From Blepharisma stoltei ATCC 30299 (Eukaryota; Protista; Ciliophora), in the NCBI GenBank assembly GCA_965603825.1, contig CBFDEM010000051.1, forward strand, positions 558,001 to 622,000: a DNA stretch of 64,000 nucleotides. Direction: 5' to 3'. Numbering within the stretch: the stretch's first letter is position 1; every line of letters starts with the position of its first letter. Under the pieces are notes generated by a model. The model made no database searches, was not told the DNA's origin, and worked only from the letters and a program-made list of their open reading frames with translations. Both the position numbers and the translations under genes were made by a program. Positions 61,347 to 64,000 of this stretch are shown here, in pieces.

Positions 61347-64000
61347 ATGATTAGTCCTACCAGGATGAGACGATCTTCTGGGGCGAGTGATTACTATAGT
61401 CCAGGACTAGAAAGGCTTAGCGAAAAAATATTCGGACGAACAACAAAGAAGAAGCCAACAGTCAAAACTCCAATTGAAAAGAAAACCAAAGGAAGGCAAA
61501 CTTTTATAAAGCTAACATCATTAAGCCAAAGCGATTTCCAGATTAAATGAGCACTTCTAATTTTCACTATAAACCTTTACAATCTTTTTACAGTGCCTTT
61601 ATTTTTAGGGATTCAAGGATTTCCTTGGGGAGTATGGCTAGCGTTGGAAATTTCTTTTGAGGTAATTTTCATCATTGATTACATCTCAAGGATTATCTTT
61701 AAAAGATTTGAAATTTGAAAGCGCCTCTGGATGCTGCATGAGAAAAGCGACTATGCGCACTTATCATGTCTATTGCTTTCATCAGTTCCTTATTCCTTTT
61801 TGTCATTAGCGATTGGTCTCGATTTAGAAGGATATACTGTTGCGTCTCTTAGAGCGCTTAAACTGCTAAGATTCTTTCAATTTTTAACATGATTTTCAAA
61901 CCAAGAAGTAATATCAAAGGCTCCTGAAGGATTAAAGATGAGGATTTTTAAAAATTTGATTCTTCTTCTTGGAACAATTCACTACTCTGGGATGCTCCTA
62001 GCATTGATAGCAAGAATAGAAATTGATAATGGAGATACTGGAACTTGATTACAGCCTTGAATTGATGGAGGAGCTAGGAAATATGAAATCTACATAGACT
62101 CTGTATTCTGGGCTACAGCAACTTTATCAACGATTGGCTATAATGATACAACACCATCCACTCTTGCAGAAAAGTATGCATCATCCTTTATCATGGTTAT
62201 TGGGGCTTCCATCTGTGCGTGGGTCTCTGGGAGCATTGTTTCAGCATTAATTACATTAAAGTTTAAAGAATATGAAACTCAAGAAAAGATAGAAAGAGTA
62301 AAGAAGTGATGCAGACTAAGGCATTTGACACCAAAACTAAGCAAGAGAATTATTACCTACTACTCTTCTATAAGAAATCAATTTTCCTACATCATTGATG
62401 TCGAATTTTTGAAGGAGCTGCCAAGTTCACTGAGAGGTGAGATATCGACTGCTCTTCATGAAGATATGATACCAAAGGTTTCTCTTTTTGAAAAGGCCGA
62501 GCCAAGTTTTGTTCTTGAAATTCTCAAATACTTAAAGCCTAGTATCTTTATGAAGGGAGACTTTATCATAAGACAAGGAGACTACGGAGAAGAAATGTTC
62601 TTTGTCAAAGTAGGAATTGTTGAGATTATTGCAGCTGATGCAGAAATGATTATAACCCTTTTGTATGAAGGCGATTATTTTGGAGAAATAGGAGCTTTGC
62701 TTAATATTAGAAGAACAGTTTCTGTTCGCGCACAAACAGCAGCCATGATCTCTTCGATAGCTAAAGAAGACTTGGTTAGAATCCTGAAAGATTATCCGGA
62801 TTACCATGACTTTTTAGTCAAAGTTGGCCAGCAAAGAATGGCCACAACTAAAATGGAAGATTTTAACTTTACTTTAGAAATTCCAAAAGAGGAAGACTCT
62901 CCTGAAGATGAAAATGATGATGGTAATGAAAATGATAATATGAAATTAGAAGACAACCCACAAAAACCTGAGAATGCAGATATTGGGTGGCTAAGAACGT
63001 TTATATATAATGAAAAGCATGACCAAAAAAACCAAGAGCTCATAATAGATCCGTTCTCGGGTTTTTTTTATCTTTGGTCTTTTGTGCTAACTCTAGCTTT
63101 TGGCTTTTATCTATTTTATATCCCGTTTGCAATTGCTTTTGAATTTCCCCTGTATGGAGTATGGCTAGGTTTTGATATAGTTTCTTATATAATTTACATA
63201 ATAGATATGCCTATACATCTGAGAACTGCAATTTTCACACAGCTTGGGACATATACATGAGATCCATCAGTTCTACAAAAAAACTACTTAAACCGCTATT
63301 TGCTATGAGATGTTATTTCTGTGCTACCAATTGATTTTATATGTGAAGCAGCTGGCAGCTATCAATATGTTCCTGCCTTTTTTAGAATTCTAAGACTTTT
63401 CAAGTCTAAGAGAATTTATAGGCTCTATAAATACTTTTTCTATAACCCTCACTCAACATTATCATATGCACGTCTTTTAGCTCTCTTCGTATTCACTATT
63501 TATTTCAGCCATTTTATTGCTTGCATTTCCTTTTATTTAGGTAAACTGCAATACTGAATTGATCCAGATGCTCGTTTTAATCATCAAAATTTCATCAATT
63601 CATTCCCTCTTAATCACTATTACCCTCCTGGAACAATCATTTTAGATATCCCAATATATGATCAATATGTGAATTTATTATACTTCGGGTACTCAATAAG
63701 TACCTCTGGAGCGTATGGTGATATCCCTGTCCCAACAGTAGCTGAAAAAGCCCTCAATATTTTCTTTAATATCTCTTCTATGATACTAGCCGCATTTATT
63801 ATTGGAGAAGCAGCAAGCTTGGCTTCAAGCTACCATAAAAATCAAACTGAGTATTTAAAAAAATTGAGAGTGATAAAGGAATGGATGGCTCACTGTGATC
63901 TTTCTCAGGAATTGCAAAGGCGTATCTTAAATTACTACGATCTTCTTTGAAACAAACTACAGGGCTATGATGATGAAGAAATCATGCAGGATTTCCCAGA
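61347..64000 (+). CDS. Tandem cyclic-nucleotide-binding (KCNH/CNG-like) cation channel, runs off the window end
   Basis: One frame through 10 TGA codons; S4 LRALKLLR, pore TIGYND, CNBD FGEIG..RRTVSV; second S4 RILRLFKSKR and pore STSGAYGD. Confidence 0.85.

Noticed and set aside
1760-63043. Numerous 60-150 aa ORFs antisense to or overlapping real genes
   Set aside because: Shadow ORFs of K/E-rich coding strands (F/S/L-rich) with no motifs
84-64000. Many 'broken' genes interpreted as pseudogenes or selenoproteins
   Set aside because: Breaks are TGA at Trp positions in the same frame, or tiny introns; none align to Cys or Sec active sites
1-64000. Telomeric repeats, IESs, CRISPR arrays, tRNA/rRNA, transposases
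   Set aside because: None recognised by eye; short IESs or ncRNAs in intergenic DNA cannot be excluded without read mapping or covariance-model searches

Overview
Gene-dense, AT-rich eukaryotic DNA that reads as a heterotrich ciliate macronuclear chromosome segment, most likely Blepharisma. The organism call is inferred from two signatures seen directly in the sequence. (1) About 50 in-frame TGA codons sit inside conserved proteins, many at invariant Trp positions, while genes end in TAA/TAG, so UGA=Trp. (2) Eight tiny 15-nt GT-AG introns all carry A at position 10. The supplied ORF track therefore fragments many genes. Re-joined, the window holds about 35 protein genes separated by very short intergenic gaps: PP2A-B56, SINA E3, DNAAF5, RAP protein, SAXO-like, kinesin-2, uL22m, ACSBG, D2HGDH, Rab, PKG, HYLS1-like, COG6, RSPH14, ankyrin-DHHC, ASCC3, TTLL6-like, acylphosphatase, a kinesin, a MARK-like kinase and a tandem CNB channel. 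No RNA genes, telomeres, IESs or transposons were recognised. Most unusual: (a) three intron-like elements sharing GTAA-N5-CTAT whose canonical AG leaves the mRNA one base out of frame; (b) a response-regulator receiver-NEK kinase-DEP-DUF547 fusion; (c) a PB1 protein with tandem transposase-like HTH repeats; (d) a SWSAP1-like RAD51 paralog; (e) strongly gene-specific UGA/UGG usage; (f) tandem genes only 3-11 nt apart.
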